A stretch of DNA of 64,000 nucleotides, taken from contig CAVSWH010000021.1 of the NCBI GenBank assembly GCA_963731625.1, positions 96,108 through 160,107 of the forward strand, written 5' to 3'. Below, piece after piece: positions 35,511 to 45,865 of this stretch. The translations under genes were made by a program, and so were the position numbers. The stretch comes from an uncultured Actinomycetes bacterium (GTDB lineage: Bacteria; Actinomycetota; Acidimicrobiia; IMCC26256; PALSA-555). Numbering within the stretch: the first letter of the stretch is position 1; each line of letters opens with the position of its first letter. Below the pieces are notes generated by a model. The model saw only the letters and a list, made by a program, of their open reading frames with translations. It did no database searches and was not told the origin of the DNA.

Positions 35511-36092
35511 TCACGCCGGCGGCTCCCCCGAGGGTGGCCAGGTGTACCCCGTCCACTGCCGGCCGTCCCACCAGCGCAGCGGGTGCAGCCGCCACGGGTC
35601 GGGATGCCAGCCGGCCGGCGAGACGGTCGGCCCCGCCGACCCGGCGCGGGCGCGGGCCGCGGGGACGGCGCGCTCGAGCACGGCCACGAGCTCGTCGCGG
35701 CGGTTCGTCCCGACGGACAGCCAGTAGGTCTGGCCCCCGTCGGTGCCCCGGACGCCGACCGAGTCGCGGGTCCAGATCGGGTTCGCGCCGAGGTAGCGGG
35801 GGCTGAAGGACCGCCACGGCCACGTGTTGCTCGCCCGCCCGAGCGTGTCGAGGTCCAGGGCGGCGAGGCGGGCCCACCGGCGGTTGACCCACACGTAGTC
35901 GTCGTCGACGCGCACCACGGCGCCCCGGTAGCGCAGCACGTTCACGAGCCAGGCGATGAGGGCGATCGGCACCACGATGGGCGCGATGGCGAGGAACGTG
36001 ATGACCACGATCACCGCGAGCCAGATCCAGGCCTTCCGGCCGGGACCGACCCGCTCCTCGAACTGCAGCCGCTGAGCGGCCCCGACGCTCAC
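35511..36092 (-). CDS. membrane protein with C-terminal DUF2510-type motif
   Basis: 193 aa. It has two N-terminal TM helices (AWIWLAVIVVITFLAIAPIVVPIALIAWLV) and the C-terminal motif GWHPDPWRLHPLRWWDGRQWT. Confidence 0.65.
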   Translation of the reverse strand: MSVGAAQRLQFEERVGPGRKAWIWLAVIVVITFLAIAPIVVPIALIAWLVNVLRYRGAVVRVDDDYVWVNRRWARLAALDLDTLGRASNTWPWRSFSPRYLGANPIWTRDSVGVRGTDGGQTYWLSVGTNRRDELVAVLERAVPAARARAGSAGPTVSPAGWHPDPWRLHPLRWWDGRQWTGYTWPPSGEPPA

Positions 36093-36165
36093 CGGCGGGC
36101 GAGCGTAGAGGGTCCTGCCCGGCGGGCGATAGCCTCACCCTGGCCATCGCCAAACGGGAGGGACC

Positions 36166-36240
36166 GTGAAGAAGCTGCTTTTCCTCTTGATCCTGGTCTT
36201 GGTCGGCGTTGCGGTAGCCCGCAAGCTGCGCGAGACCTGA
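36166..36240 (+). CDS. candidate 24-aa hydrophobic micro-protein
   Basis: GGGAGGGACC precedes GTG 36166. The product is VKKLLFLLILVLVGVAVARKLRET. Codons are unusually AT-rich for this genome. It is too short to score. Confidence 0.3.
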   Translation: MKKLLFLLILVLVGVAVARKLRET

Positions 36241-36285
36241 TCGGCCCGACGTCGGGCCCGCTGCGGCGGGCTCGACGCCGCGGGC

Positions 36286-37266
36286 TCACCCCCCGCGCGG
36301 GGAGCCGAGACTCGAGGCGTAGCGCGTCGCGAACAGCGCCGGCGCGCCACCCGTGTGCCAGAACACCACCGGGTCGTCCGCGCCGATCCGCTCCTCGCGG
36401 ACCGCCGCCACCAGCCCCGCCATCGCCTTGCCGGTGTACACCGGGTCCAGGACCAGCCCCTCCAAGCGGGCGGCGAGCTGGACCGCCTCCACCGTCGCGT
36501 CGGTGAGCGCGCCGTACCCCGAGCCGAACCGGTCGTGGTCGATCACCGCGACGACCGGTGCCGCCGGGCGGCCGGACTGCGACGCGGCCGCCGCCGCCAG
36601 GCGCGGCACGACCTCGTCGAGATCGGGCCGCGTGCCGACGTCGACGCCGAGCACGCCCGGCGTGGCGCCGAACCCGGCGAGCAGCCCGGCGTGCGTCCCG
36701 CCCGAGCCGTCGGCGACCACGACCGTGCCGACGTCGACGCCCGCGTCGCGGCACTGGCCGCACAGCTCGTCGGCGGCGTCCGCGTAGGCGAGCACGCCGG
36801 TCACCGACGCGCCGCCGACCGGGATGGCGAACGGACGGTGCCCGGCCCGGGCGAGGTCGGCGGCGAGCGCCTCGATCGCGGCCTCGAGCTCGTAGTAGTC
36901 GGCCGGCCCCGTGTAGTGGAGCTCGATGCCGAGCAACTCGTCGACGAGCAGGTTCCCGCTCGGCGGGTCGGGACGGTCACCGGCGAGCGCCACGTGGCAG
37001 GCGACTCCGAGGCGGTTGGCGGTCGCGCCGGTCATGCGCACGTGGTTGCTCTGGGGCCCCCCGCCGGTGACGAGCACGTCGCAGCCGCGGGCCAGCGCCT
37101 CGGCGGCGAGCCACTCGAGCTTGCGGGCCTTGTTGCCGCCGAGCGCGAGCCCCGTGCAGTCGTCGCGCTTCACGTAGAGCGGCGGACCACCGAGCGCCTC
37201 GGCGAGGCGGGGCATCTCCTCGAAGGGGGTCGGGAGGTGCGCGAGCCGAATGCGGTCGGGGGTCAT
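36286..37266 (-). CDS. PLP-dependent D-cysteine desulfhydrase / ACC deaminase family protein
   Basis: ATG 37266 gives MTPDRIRLAHLPTPFEEMPRL...KRDDCTGLALGGNKARKLE (PLP lysine motif). The ATG shares a base with the upstream HAD stop. Confidence 0.85.
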   Translation of the reverse strand: MTPDRIRLAHLPTPFEEMPRLAEALGGPPLYVKRDDCTGLALGGNKARKLEWLAAEALARGCDVLVTGGGPQSNHVRMTGATANRLGVACHVALAGDRPDPPSGNLLVDELLGIELHYTGPADYYELEAAIEALAADLARAGHRPFAIPVGGASVTGVLAYADAADELCGQCRDAGVDVGTVVVADGSGGTHAGLLAGFGATPGVLGVDVGTRPDLDEVVPRLAAAAASQSGRPAAPVVAVIDHDRFGSGYGALTDATVEAVQLAARLEGLVLDPVYTGKAMAGLVAAVREERIGADDPVVFWHTGGAPALFATRYASSLGSPRGG

Positions 37267-38126
37267 CAGGCGGCGGCGCCCTCCCGGTGGCGCCACCACC
37301 ACCAGACGGCGACGCCGGCGCCGGCCGCCGCGACGGCGCCGCTCGCCGCCCACGCGTGCTCACGTCCCATCCGGTCCCGCAGCCGCACCGGCTTGGCGAA
37401 GTTGCGGATCTCCCAGCCCTCGGCCTGGGCGAGCTTCGCCAGCTCCCGGTCGGGGTTCACCGCCACGGGATGGCCGACGGCGCGCAGCATCGGCGCGTCG
37501 GTGATCGAGTCCGAGTACGCGTAGGACCGCTCGAGCGGGATGCCCTCGACGGCCGCGAGCCGCTCCATCGCCTCCGCCTTGAAGGGGCCGTAGCCGTAGA
37601 ACGCGAGCTCGCCGGTGTAGTCGCCCCGCTCGTCGACCTCGGCCCGGGTGGCGATCACCTCGTCGACACCGAGGTGCTCGCCGAGGGGCCGCACGACCTC
37701 CTCGGGTGCCGAGCTCACGAGCACCACCATCCGCCCGGCGGCGTGGTGCTCGTCGATGAGGTCCAGCGCCTCCTTGAAGATGATCGGCGTCACGACCGCG
37801 GCGAGGGTCTCCCGCACGATCTGGGCGACGTGGTCCTGGTTCCAGCCCCGGATCATCTGCAGCATCGCGACCCGCAGCTTCTCCATCTTCTGCTCGTCGG
37901 CGCCCACGAGCATGAAGATCACCTGCGCGTACGCGCTCTTCACGATGGCGGAGCGGGAGAGGAGCCCCTCCCGGTAGAAGGGGCGACCGAACGCCAGCAC
38001 GCTGCTCTTGGCGATGACGGTCTTGTCGAGGTCGAAGAACGCGGCCTCCACGCCCGGGAGGGTACCGCCGGCCCGCCGCCGGACCGGGGCCCGTCCGCTG
38101 GTGGGGTTCGCGCCGATGCAGCGCAA
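37266..38126 (-). CDS. HAD-IB (SerB-like) hydrolase with hydrophobic C-terminal tail
   Basis: It has FFDLDKTV (DxDxT), SSAPEE and YSDSITDAPML motifs, and the C-terminus GAVAAAGAGVAVWWWW. The true start may be GTG 38051 (VEAAFFDLD). Confidence 0.8.
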   Translation of the reverse strand: MRCIGANPTSGRAPVRRRAGGTLPGVEAAFFDLDKTVIAKSSVLAFGRPFYREGLLSRSAIVKSAYAQVIFMLVGADEQKMEKLRVAMLQMIRGWNQDHVAQIVRETLAAVVTPIIFKEALDLIDEHHAAGRMVVLVSSAPEEVVRPLGEHLGVDEVIATRAEVDERGDYTGELAFYGYGPFKAEAMERLAAVEGIPLERSYAYSDSITDAPMLRAVGHPVAVNPDRELAKLAQAEGWEIRNFAKPVRLRDRMGREHAWAASGAVAAAGAGVAVWWWWRHREGAAA

Positions 38127-38223
38127 CGACTAGGTTGCCGTTCTTCCCGGCGGGGCCGGGCTCGGCCGCTGGACACCCTCGGACCGGCGGGACCGACGGG
38201 GGACGCGAGGGGGAGGAGTTCGG

Positions 38224-40599
38224 GTGATGAGCGTCAGCGTCCTCGCGGCCGAGGGCGGCTACCAGCAGTTCCACCTGGCGGCCGGCGAGTGGGGCTGGCT
38301 GCTCTTCTCGGCGGCCACCGCGGTGACCGCCATCGTCGTGGGCTTCGGGCTCGTCCAGGGAGTGCTCGCCGCCGACCAAGGCACCCCGACGATGATCCGC
38401 ATCGCCAAGGCGATCCAAGACGGCGCGATGACCTACCTCCGCCGCCAATTCCGGACGATCCTGCTCATCCTCGCCCCGGTCGCGGCGCTGGTGTTCCTCA
38501 GCTCGACGAAGATCGCGAAGCCGGGCGGCGATGTCGCCCTCTCCTTCGGCGCATCGGGAGCGTTCCGCATGGGCGCGTTCATCGCGGGCGCGTTCCTGTC
38601 GGGCCTCACCGGGTTCATCGGCATGAGCCTGGCCGTGCGCGGCAACGTGCGCACCGCGGCCGCCGCCCGGTCGGGCTCGCTGCGCGCCGCGCTGAAGGTC
38701 GCGTTCCGCACCGGCGGCGTCGCCGGCATGTTCACGGTCGGCCTCGGCCTCCTCGGCGCGACGGCGATCATCATGATCTTCCAGAACACCGCGACCGCGA
38801 TCCTGGTCGGCTTCGGGTTCGGCGGCTCGCTGCTCGCCCTGTTCATGCGCGTCGGCGGCGGCATCTTCACGAAGGCCGCCGACGTCGGCGCCGACCTCGT
38901 CGGCAAGGTCGAACAGGGAATCCCCGAGGACGACCCGCGCAACCCGGCGACGATCGCCGACAACGTGGGGGACAACGTCGGGGACTGCGCAGGGATGGCT
39001 GCCGACCTCTTCGAGTCCTACGAGGTCACGCTCGTCGCGGCGATCATCCTGGGCGTCCCGGCGTTCGCGTCGATCGGCGCCAACCCGGCGCTCGGGCTGC
39101 TCTTCCCGCTCATCGCCCGGGCCGTCGGCGTGCTCGCCTCGATCGCCGGGGTGTTCATGGTCCGCGCCACCGGCCGGGACAAGTCCGCGATGGCGCCGAT
39201 CAACCGGGGCTTCGCCACCGCCAGCATCCTGACCGTCCTCGGCGTCGGCGCCGTCGGCATCTTCTACATCGGGAACAGCCACGGCAACGAGGGATGGCGC
39301 GTCATCGGCGCCGTGGTCGTCGGGCTCGTGCTCGCCCAGGGCGTCAGCCGGCTCACCGAGTACTTCACCTCCACCGAGACCCGGCCGGTGCAAGAGATCG
39401 CCTCGGCCACGCGCACCGGGCCGGCCACAACCATCCTGGCGGGCATCAGCAGCGGCCTCGAGTCCTCGGTCTGGTCGATCATCGCGATTGCCATCGCGAT
39501 CGGGGTCGCCATCGCCCTCGGCAACGGCAACCTCCAGTTCTCCCTCTACCTCATCGCGCTCACCGGGATGGGCATGCTCGCCACCACCGGCGTCGTCGTC
39601 TCCGAGGACACGTTCGGCCCCGTCGCCGACAACGCGGCGGGCATCGCCGAGATGTCCGGCGAGTTCAGCGGTGAGGCCGAGCGCGTCATGGTCAGCCTTG
39701 ACGCCGTCGGCAACACCACGAAGGCGGTCACGAAGGGCTTCGCGATCGGCTCGGCGGTCATCGCCGCGGTCGCCCTCTTCTCGTCCTACATCGAGACGAT
39801 CGGCACCGAGCTCGGGCTGCGGACCAAGTCGGGCGCCCTCCTGGTCGGCAGCGCGCTGTTCCGCGACGCCCGGGCGGCGATCAACGTCGCCGACCCCAAG
39901 ATCTTCATCGGCCTGCTGGTCGGCGGGTCGATCGCCTTCATCTTCTCCTCGTTGGCGATCCGGGCCGTCGGCCGCACCGCCGGCGCGGTGGTCGAGGAGG
40001 TCCGCAAGCAGTTCCGCGAGCGCAAGATCATGGAGGGAATCGACGAGCCCGACAACGAGCGGGTGATCGACATCTGCACCACCGCGGCGCTGCGGGAGCT
40101 CACCACCCCCGCGCTCCTCGCCGTCCTCACTCCGGCGATCATCGGGTTCGGGATCAGCTACCTGGCGCTCGGCGCCTTCCTCGCCGCCGTGATCCTCACC
40201 GGCCAGCTCATGGCCGTGTTCCTCTCCAACTCCGGCGGCGCGTGGGACAACGCCAAGAAGTTCATCGAGGACGGGCACTACGGCGGCAAGGGCTCCGAGC
40301 GCCACACCGCGGCCGTCATCGGCGACACGGTCGGGGACCCCTTCAAGGACACGGCGGGCCCGGCGCTGAACCCGCTCATCAAGGTGATGAACCTGGTCTC
40401 GCTGCTGTTGCTTCCGGCGATCATCAGCACCCGCAACGACGACGTCGTCCGGTTCGCTATCGCCGGCGCCGCGCTCGTCGCCCTCCTCATCTCGATCGCC
40501 TACTCGAAGCGCCAAGGCGGCTTCACCGCCGAATCCGAGGAGGTCGACGAAGCGCTCGCCGCCGAGGGGCTCCCCGACGGGTCGTCCGCCGGGGAGTGA
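38224..40599 (+). CDS. hppA: membrane-bound proton-translocating inorganic pyrophosphatase
   Basis: 791 aa, polytopic. It has GGGIFTKAADVGADLVGKVE, DNVGDNVGDCAGM, GPVADNAAGIAEM and IGDTVGDPFKDTAGPALNPLIKV signatures. Confidence 0.95.
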   Translation: MMSVSVLAAEGGYQQFHLAAGEWGWLLFSAATAVTAIVVGFGLVQGVLAADQGTPTMIRIAKAIQDGAMTYLRRQFRTILLILAPVAALVFLSSTKIAKPGGDVALSFGASGAFRMGAFIAGAFLSGLTGFIGMSLAVRGNVRTAAAARSGSLRAALKVAFRTGGVAGMFTVGLGLLGATAIIMIFQNTATAILVGFGFGGSLLALFMRVGGGIFTKAADVGADLVGKVEQGIPEDDPRNPATIADNVGDNVGDCAGMAADLFESYEVTLVAAIILGVPAFASIGANPALGLLFPLIARAVGVLASIAGVFMVRATGRDKSAMAPINRGFATASILTVLGVGAVGIFYIGNSHGNEGWRVIGAVVVGLVLAQGVSRLTEYFTSTETRPVQEIASATRTGPATTILAGISSGLESSVWSIIAIAIAIGVAIALGNGNLQFSLYLIALTGMGMLATTGVVVSEDTFGPVADNAAGIAEMSGEFSGEAERVMVSLDAVGNTTKAVTKGFAIGSAVIAAVALFSSYIETIGTELGLRTKSGALLVGSALFRDARAAINVADPKIFIGLLVGGSIAFIFSSLAIRAVGRTAGAVVEEVRKQFRERKIMEGIDEPDNERVIDICTTAALRELTTPALLAVLTPAIIGFGISYLALGAFLAAVILTGQLMAVFLSNSGGAWDNAKKFIEDGHYGGKGSERHTAAVIGDTVGDPFKDTAGPALNPLIKVMNLVSLLLLPAIISTRNDDVVRFAIAGAALVALLISIAYSKRQGGFTAESEEVDEALAAEGLPDGSSAGE

Positions 40600-40606
40600 C
40601 CCAGCC

Positions 40607-41287
40607 TCAGCCCTCGTCCGGAGCGGGCGGCGGGCTCGGCCGATCCGCCGGCGTCGCCGCGGCGCGGCGCTTCGTGCGGCGCCACTCCAGGTACACGGGC
40701 ACGAACGAGACCAGGATGATCAGCGCGATCAGGGGCAGCAGGTAGTTGTCGACGTTCCCGCCGATCGCGTTGCCGAGCACGTAGCCGAGCATCGTGACCC
40801 CGACCGACCAGATCAGCGCCCCGACGACGTTGTACAGCGAGTAGACGCGCCGGTTCATCTTGCCGACGCCCGCCATCACCGGCATGAACGTGCGCACCAC
40901 CGGCACGAACCGGGCGAGCAGCACCGCCTTCGAGCCGTGGCGCTCGAAGAACTCGTGGGTCCGCCCGACATACTCCTGCTTGAAGAACCGTGAGTCCGGC
41001 CGGCGGAACAGCGCCGGGCCAACACGCGCGCCGATGAAGTAGCCGACCTCCCCGCCGAGCGTCGCGCCGACGAACACGCCGGGCAGCAGCAGCCAGAGCT
41101 GCAGCTTGCCCTGCCCAGCGAGGATCCCCGCGGTGAACAGCAGCGAGTCACCGGGCAAGAAGAAGCCGAGCAGCAGCCCCGTCTCGGCGAACACGATGAA
41201 CCACGCGAAGAGTTCGCCGTAGGGGCTGAGCGAATCGAAGAGCTGCTTGGGGTTCAGGCTGATCGAGCCGATGACACCTTTGAACAC
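40607..41287 (-). CDS. DedA / SNARE-associated family membrane protein
   Basis: GTG 41287, 226 aa, with FAETGLLLGFFLPGDSLLF and ARFVPVVRTFMPVMAGV motifs. The remaining 1100 aa of track ORF 40607..44575 is antisense to topA. Confidence 0.85.
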   Translation of the reverse strand: MFKGVIGSISLNPKQLFDSLSPYGELFAWFIVFAETGLLLGFFLPGDSLLFTAGILAGQGKLQLWLLLPGVFVGATLGGEVGYFIGARVGPALFRRPDSRFFKQEYVGRTHEFFERHGSKAVLLARFVPVVRTFMPVMAGVGKMNRRVYSLYNVVGALIWSVGVTMLGYVLGNAIGGNVDNYLLPLIALIILVSFVPVYLEWRRTKRRAAATPADRPSPPPAPDEG

Positions 41288-41401
41288 GGCCCGGAACCTT
41301 AGACTCCGGCCCCGACCGGGCTGGATGCTCGGTCTCGGCGGACCTGCGGGCCAAACTGGGCCGGCCCCGGGCACCTGCCATGGGCACGCAGTGAGGTACA
41401 T

Positions 41402-44050
41402 GTGTCGAAGTCGCTCGTGATCGTCGAGTCGCCCGCGAAGGCGAAGACCATCGAGGGCTTCCTCGGACGCGCCGACTACACGGTGCTGGCGAGCCGCGGC
41501 CACATCCGCGACCTGCCGAGCAGCGCCAAGCAGGTGCCGAAGAGCGTCACCGACCCCGAGATCCGCCGGCTCGGGATCGACGTCAACAACCACTTCGAGC
41601 CGGTGTACGTCGTCGTCGACAAGAAGCGCGACGTCGTGAAGGAGCTGCGGGCCGCCCTGAAGGACGCCGACGAGGTGCTGCTCGCCACCGACGAGGACCG
41701 CGAAGGGGAGGCGATCTCCTGGCACGTTCTTGAGGTGCTGAAGCCGAGCGTCCCGGTGAAGCGGCTCGTGTTCCACGAGATCACCGCCCACGCGATCGGC
41801 GACGCCCTCGCGAACCCCCGCGAGCTGGACATGCGCCTCGTCGAGGCGCAGGAGGGTCGCCGCAAGCTGGACCGGCTCTTCGGCTACGAGATGTCGGTCG
41901 TGACCCGCCGCCGGGCGGGCGGCGCGACCTCGGCCGGGCGGGTCCAGAGCGTCGCCGCCCGCCTCGTCGTCGAGCGGGAGCGGGCCCGGATGGCGTTCCG
42001 GGCCGCCTCCTACTGGAACCTCGAGGGCACCTTCGCGGGCCGGGACACGGAGTTCCCAGCGACGCTGCTGTCCCTCGACGGGCGCCGCCTCGCCAGCGGA
42101 CGGGACTTCGAGCCGACGACCGGCCAGCTTGCCCCCGGGGCGGAGGTCGCCCTCGTCGACGAGGCCCGGGCGCGCGCCCTGGCCGGGGCGCTGGCCGGCG
42201 CCGCGTTCACGGTGGACTCGGTGGAGGCCAAGGCGCAGGTTGAGCGGCCGCGGCCCCCGTTCACGACCTCGACGCTCCAGCAGGAGGCCGGCCGCAAGCT
42301 CGGGTTCACCGCGGCGCGCGCGATGGCCGTCGCGCAGGGCCTCTACGAGCACGGCTACATCACCTACATGCGCACCGACGCGACGTTCCTCTCGGACCAG
42401 GCGATCACCGCCGCCCGTGCACAGATCCGCGACCGCTACGGCGAGGAGTACCTCCCCTCCGAGCCGCGCGAGTACCGCGGCAAGGTCAAGAACGCCCAGG
42501 AGGCCCACGAGGCGATCCGGCCGGCCGGTGACACGATGCGGCTCCCCGACGACCTCGCGGGCGAGCTGACCACCGACGAGCGCCGCATCTACGACCTCAT
42601 CTGGAAGCGGACCGTCGCCTGCCAGATGGCCGACGCGCGCGTGCGACGAGTCACGGTGCGCCTCGGTGCCACCGCGACGAGCGGCGAGCGCGCCGTGTTC
42701 CAGGCCACCGGGCGCGTCATCGAGTTCCCCGGGTACCTGCGCGCCTACGTCGAGGGTGCCGACGACCCCGACGCCGAGCTCGAGGACCGCGAGGTCATCC
42801 TGCCCGCCCTCGAGTCCGGCGACGCGGTGCAGTGCCGCGCCCTCGAGCCGTCCGGGCACAGCACGCAGCCGCCGGCGCGCTACACCGAGGCCAGCCTGGT
42901 GAAGGAGCTCGAGGAGCGCGGCATCGGGCGCCCGTCGACGTACGCCGTCGTGATCGACACGCTGCTGCGCCGCGACTACGTCTGGAAGAAGGGCGCGGCG
43001 CTCGTGCCGACGTGGACGGCGTTCGCCAAGCAGCAGCTGCTCGAGCGCTTCTTCGCCCACCTCATCGACTACGAGTTCACCGCCACGATGGAGGAGGCGC
43101 TCGACGCGATTGCCCGCGGCGAGGGCGAGGCGGAGAAGTGGCTGCACGCCTTCTGGTTCGGGAACGGCCAGACCGGGTTGAAGGACCTCGTGAACGAGGA
43201 CCACCTCGCGACGATCGACCCCGCCGAGGTCAACGCCGTGCCGATCGCCACCGACGCCCAGGGACGAGACATCATCGTGCGGGTCTGGAACAACGGGGCG
43301 AGCGTCGTGCGCGGCGAGGAGCGTGCGCCCGTGCCGGTCGACCTCGCGCCCGACGAGCTCACGCTCGAGAAGGCCGAGGACCTGCTCGAGAAGGGCGCGG
43401 CCGGGCCGCGGGTGCTCGGCGACGACCCCGAGACGGGGCTGCCCGTCCTCACGCTCACCGGCCGGTACGGGCCGTTCGTCCAGCTCGGCGAGATGGTCGA
43501 CGGGTCGAAGGAGAAGCCCAAGCGCGCGTCGCTGCTCACCGACATGGCCGTCGACACGGTCACGCTCGACGAGGCCCTCCAGCTGTTGTCGCTGCCTCGA
43601 GTCGTGGGTGCCGGCGAGGACGGCGTCGAGATCACCGCGCAGAACGGCCGCTACGGCCCCTACCTGAAGAAGGGGACCGACAGCCGCAGCCTCGAGACCG
43701 AAGCCGAGCTGTTCACCATCACGCTCCCCCAGGCCGAGGCGATCTTCGCCCAGCCCAAGCGACGCGGCCGGCGCACGAAGCCGCCGATCGCCGAGCTCGG
43801 CCCCCACCCCGAGTCCGGCGTCGCCGTGCGCGTGCTCGACGGCCGCTACGGGCCCTACGTCACCGACGGCGAGCTGAACGCCACCGTCCCGCGCGGCGTG
43901 GACCCGGCAACGGTCGACCTCGGGCAGGCCGTCGAGCTCCTCGCCGAGCGCGCGGCGCGGGGCCCGGCGACGAAGCCGGCGAAGCGGACCCGCACGAAGC
44001 CGGCGAGCACCACCCGCCGCACCGTCCGGAAGGGCGCGACCCGCCGCTGA
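41402..44050 (+). CDS. topA: DNA topoisomerase I
   Basis: 882 aa with a Toprim N-terminus (LVIVESPAKAKTIEGFLG, DEDREGEAISWH), the active-site region YITYMRTD and a Lys/Arg-rich actinobacterial C-terminal tail. Confidence 0.95.
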   Translation: MSKSLVIVESPAKAKTIEGFLGRADYTVLASRGHIRDLPSSAKQVPKSVTDPEIRRLGIDVNNHFEPVYVVVDKKRDVVKELRAALKDADEVLLATDEDREGEAISWHVLEVLKPSVPVKRLVFHEITAHAIGDALANPRELDMRLVEAQEGRRKLDRLFGYEMSVVTRRRAGGATSAGRVQSVAARLVVERERARMAFRAASYWNLEGTFAGRDTEFPATLLSLDGRRLASGRDFEPTTGQLAPGAEVALVDEARARALAGALAGAAFTVDSVEAKAQVERPRPPFTTSTLQQEAGRKLGFTAARAMAVAQGLYEHGYITYMRTDATFLSDQAITAARAQIRDRYGEEYLPSEPREYRGKVKNAQEAHEAIRPAGDTMRLPDDLAGELTTDERRIYDLIWKRTVACQMADARVRRVTVRLGATATSGERAVFQATGRVIEFPGYLRAYVEGADDPDAELEDREVILPALESGDAVQCRALEPSGHSTQPPARYTEASLVKELEERGIGRPSTYAVVIDTLLRRDYVWKKGAALVPTWTAFAKQQLLERFFAHLIDYEFTATMEEALDAIARGEGEAEKWLHAFWFGNGQTGLKDLVNEDHLATIDPAEVNAVPIATDAQGRDIIVRVWNNGASVVRGEERAPVPVDLAPDELTLEKAEDLLEKGAAGPRVLGDDPETGLPVLTLTGRYGPFVQLGEMVDGSKEKPKRASLLTDMAVDTVTLDEALQLLSLPRVVGAGEDGVEITAQNGRYGPYLKKGTDSRSLETEAELFTITLPQAEAIFAQPKRRGRRTKPPIAELGPHPESGVAVRVLDGRYGPYVTDGELNATVPRGVDPATVDLGQAVELLAERAARGPATKPAKRTRTKPASTTRRTVRKGATRR

Positions 44051-44144
44051 CCAGCCCCCGAGCCGTGGGCTGGTGGTCGACGCGCTCCATCGGGCACGCT
44101 CACCCGATGCAGCGACGACGCGGCCCTCGCCGCCCCTCCCCCCG

Positions 44145-44756
44145 ATGAGCCTGCCCGGCAAGTTCCTGGTGCTCGAGGGCGGGGACGCGACCGGCAAGAC
44201 CACCCAGGCCGCACGCCTCGCCGCCCGGCTGCGGGCCGAGGGCCGCGAGGTCCTCGCCACGTTCGAGCCGGGCGGCACCGACCTCGGCTCCTCGTTGCGC
44301 CAGCTCCTGCTCGACGGGCCCGCCACGGTCGAGCCCGAGGCCGAGGCGCTGCTCATGGCGGCCGACCGCGCGCAGCATGTGCTCGAGGTGGTCCGGCCGG
44401 CGCTGGCGCGCGGCGACTGGGTGGTGAGCGACCGCTTCGTCCCGTCGTCGCTCGCGTACCAGGGCGTCGGACGCGGGCTGGGCGTGCCGGCGATCGAGAT
44501 CGTGAACGGCATCGCCACGGGTGGGCTCGAGGCCGACCTCGTCATCGTCCTCGACCTGGCCCCGGACGTCGCCACCCAGCGCTTCGGTGCGGCGCGGGAC
44601 CGCCTCGAAGAGGAGGACGACGCGTTCCGCCTCGCCGTCCACGAGGCCTACCGCGACCTGGCCGGCACGCGCGGCTGGGTGCTGCTCGACGCGGCGGGCG
44701 CCATCGAGGAGGTGGGGGACCAGATCTGGGCGATCGTGACGGAGCACCTCGGATGA
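44145..44756 (+). CDS. tmk: dTMP (thymidylate) kinase
   Basis: ATG 44145 gives MSLPGKFLVLEGGDATGKTTQ (P-loop), with DRFVPSSLAYQG. The stop overlaps the holB start (ATGA 44753-44756). Confidence 0.9.
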   Translation: MSLPGKFLVLEGGDATGKTTQAARLAARLRAEGREVLATFEPGGTDLGSSLRQLLLDGPATVEPEAEALLMAADRAQHVLEVVRPALARGDWVVSDRFVPSSLAYQGVGRGLGVPAIEIVNGIATGGLEADLVIVLDLAPDVATQRFGAARDRLEEEDDAFRLAVHEAYRDLAGTRGWVLLDAAGAIEEVGDQIWAIVTEHLG

Positions 44757-45850
44757 CCGACCCGTGGCGCCGCGTCGTGAGCCAGCCGCGTGCGGTGACA
44801 GCGCTGCAACGCGCAGCCGCGCGGCCCGCCCACGCCTACCTCATCGCTGGCCCGCGCGGCGCCGACGCGCCGACCCTTGCCCGGGCGTTCGCCGCGGCGC
44901 TCGTCGCGCCCGACGGGGACGAGCGCGCCGTCGATCTCGTCGAGCGTCGCCTGCACCCCGACGTCATCGAGTTCGAGCCGGAGCGCACCGTCATCACCGT
45001 CGATCAGGCACGTGACGAGATCATCCCGGAGGTGTGGCGCGCCCCGATCGAGGGGGCCCGCAAAGTCGTGGTCCTCCTCGAGGCGGAGCGTCTCCAGCCG
45101 GAGGCGGCGAACGCGCTCTTGAAGACGCTGGAAGAGCCGCCCGATCGCACGGTGATTGTCCTCGTGAGCGAGGCCGCCGACGAGCTGCCCGACACGGTCC
45201 GGTCGCGCTGCCAGCGGGTGGAGCTCGTCGCGGTCGCCGGCGAGACGATCCAGGCCGCGCTCGTCGGCGAAGGCACGGACGCCGACGAGGCCCGTCTCGC
45301 GGCTCGCCTGTCCGGTGGCCAGCTCGGGCGGGCTCGCGAGCTGGCCGGCGACACCCGCGCACTGCGCGACGCGTTCGTCGACGCGGCCGCGTCGCTCGAC
45401 GGTACGGGGGCGGCCGCAGGGCGCGCCGCGACGGAGATGCTCGACGCGGTACACGCGGCGATCGCCGCGGTGAAGCAGCACCACGTCAACGAGCTCACGT
45501 CGTTCGACGACGCCTGGCAGCACGCCGGCTACGAGGCCCGCGACGTGCGGCGGTTCCGGCGCCGCATCGAGGAGCGCCAACCGGCTCGCGAGCGGCTCGC
45601 TCGACGCAAGGCCATCGGTGAGGGCATCGCGGCGCTCGAGAGCCTCTACCGCGACAGCCTCGCCGGGCTCGACGCGCCGCGTCGCAACCTGGATCGCGAG
45701 CCGGGCGGGCACGAGCCGCGCGCGTCCGTCCGCGCGCTGGACGCGCTGCGCGAGGCTCGCGACGCGCTCGAGTTCAACCCGAACGAGAGCCTCCTGCTCG
45801 AGCGACTCGTGCTGCATCTGCCAGGGTCGACGCAGGTACCCGCTGGGTAG
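44753..45850 (+). CDS. holB: DNA polymerase III subunit delta'
   Basis: 365 aa with HAYLIAGPRG (degenerate P-loop typical of delta'), KVVVLLEAERLQPEAANALLKTLEEPP and SRCQRV. Confidence 0.85.
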   Translation: MTDPWRRVVSQPRAVTALQRAAARPAHAYLIAGPRGADAPTLARAFAAALVAPDGDERAVDLVERRLHPDVIEFEPERTVITVDQARDEIIPEVWRAPIEGARKVVVLLEAERLQPEAANALLKTLEEPPDRTVIVLVSEAADELPDTVRSRCQRVELVAVAGETIQAALVGEGTDADEARLAARLSGGQLGRARELAGDTRALRDAFVDAAASLDGTGAAAGRAATEMLDAVHAAIAAVKQHHVNELTSFDDAWQHAGYEARDVRRFRRRIEERQPARERLARRKAIGEGIAALESLYRDSLAGLDAPRRNLDREPGGHEPRASVRALDALREARDALEFNPNESLLLERLVLHLPGSTQVPAG

Positions 45851-45865
45851 ACTCGCCGCTCCCTC

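Noticed and set aside
44051-44073. Hairpin CCAGCCC-n9-GGGCTGG after topA as a terminator
   Set aside because: The stem is only 7 bp, the loop is large and there is no U-tract. tmk follows 70 nt later in an operon-like arrangement. It is too weak to call.
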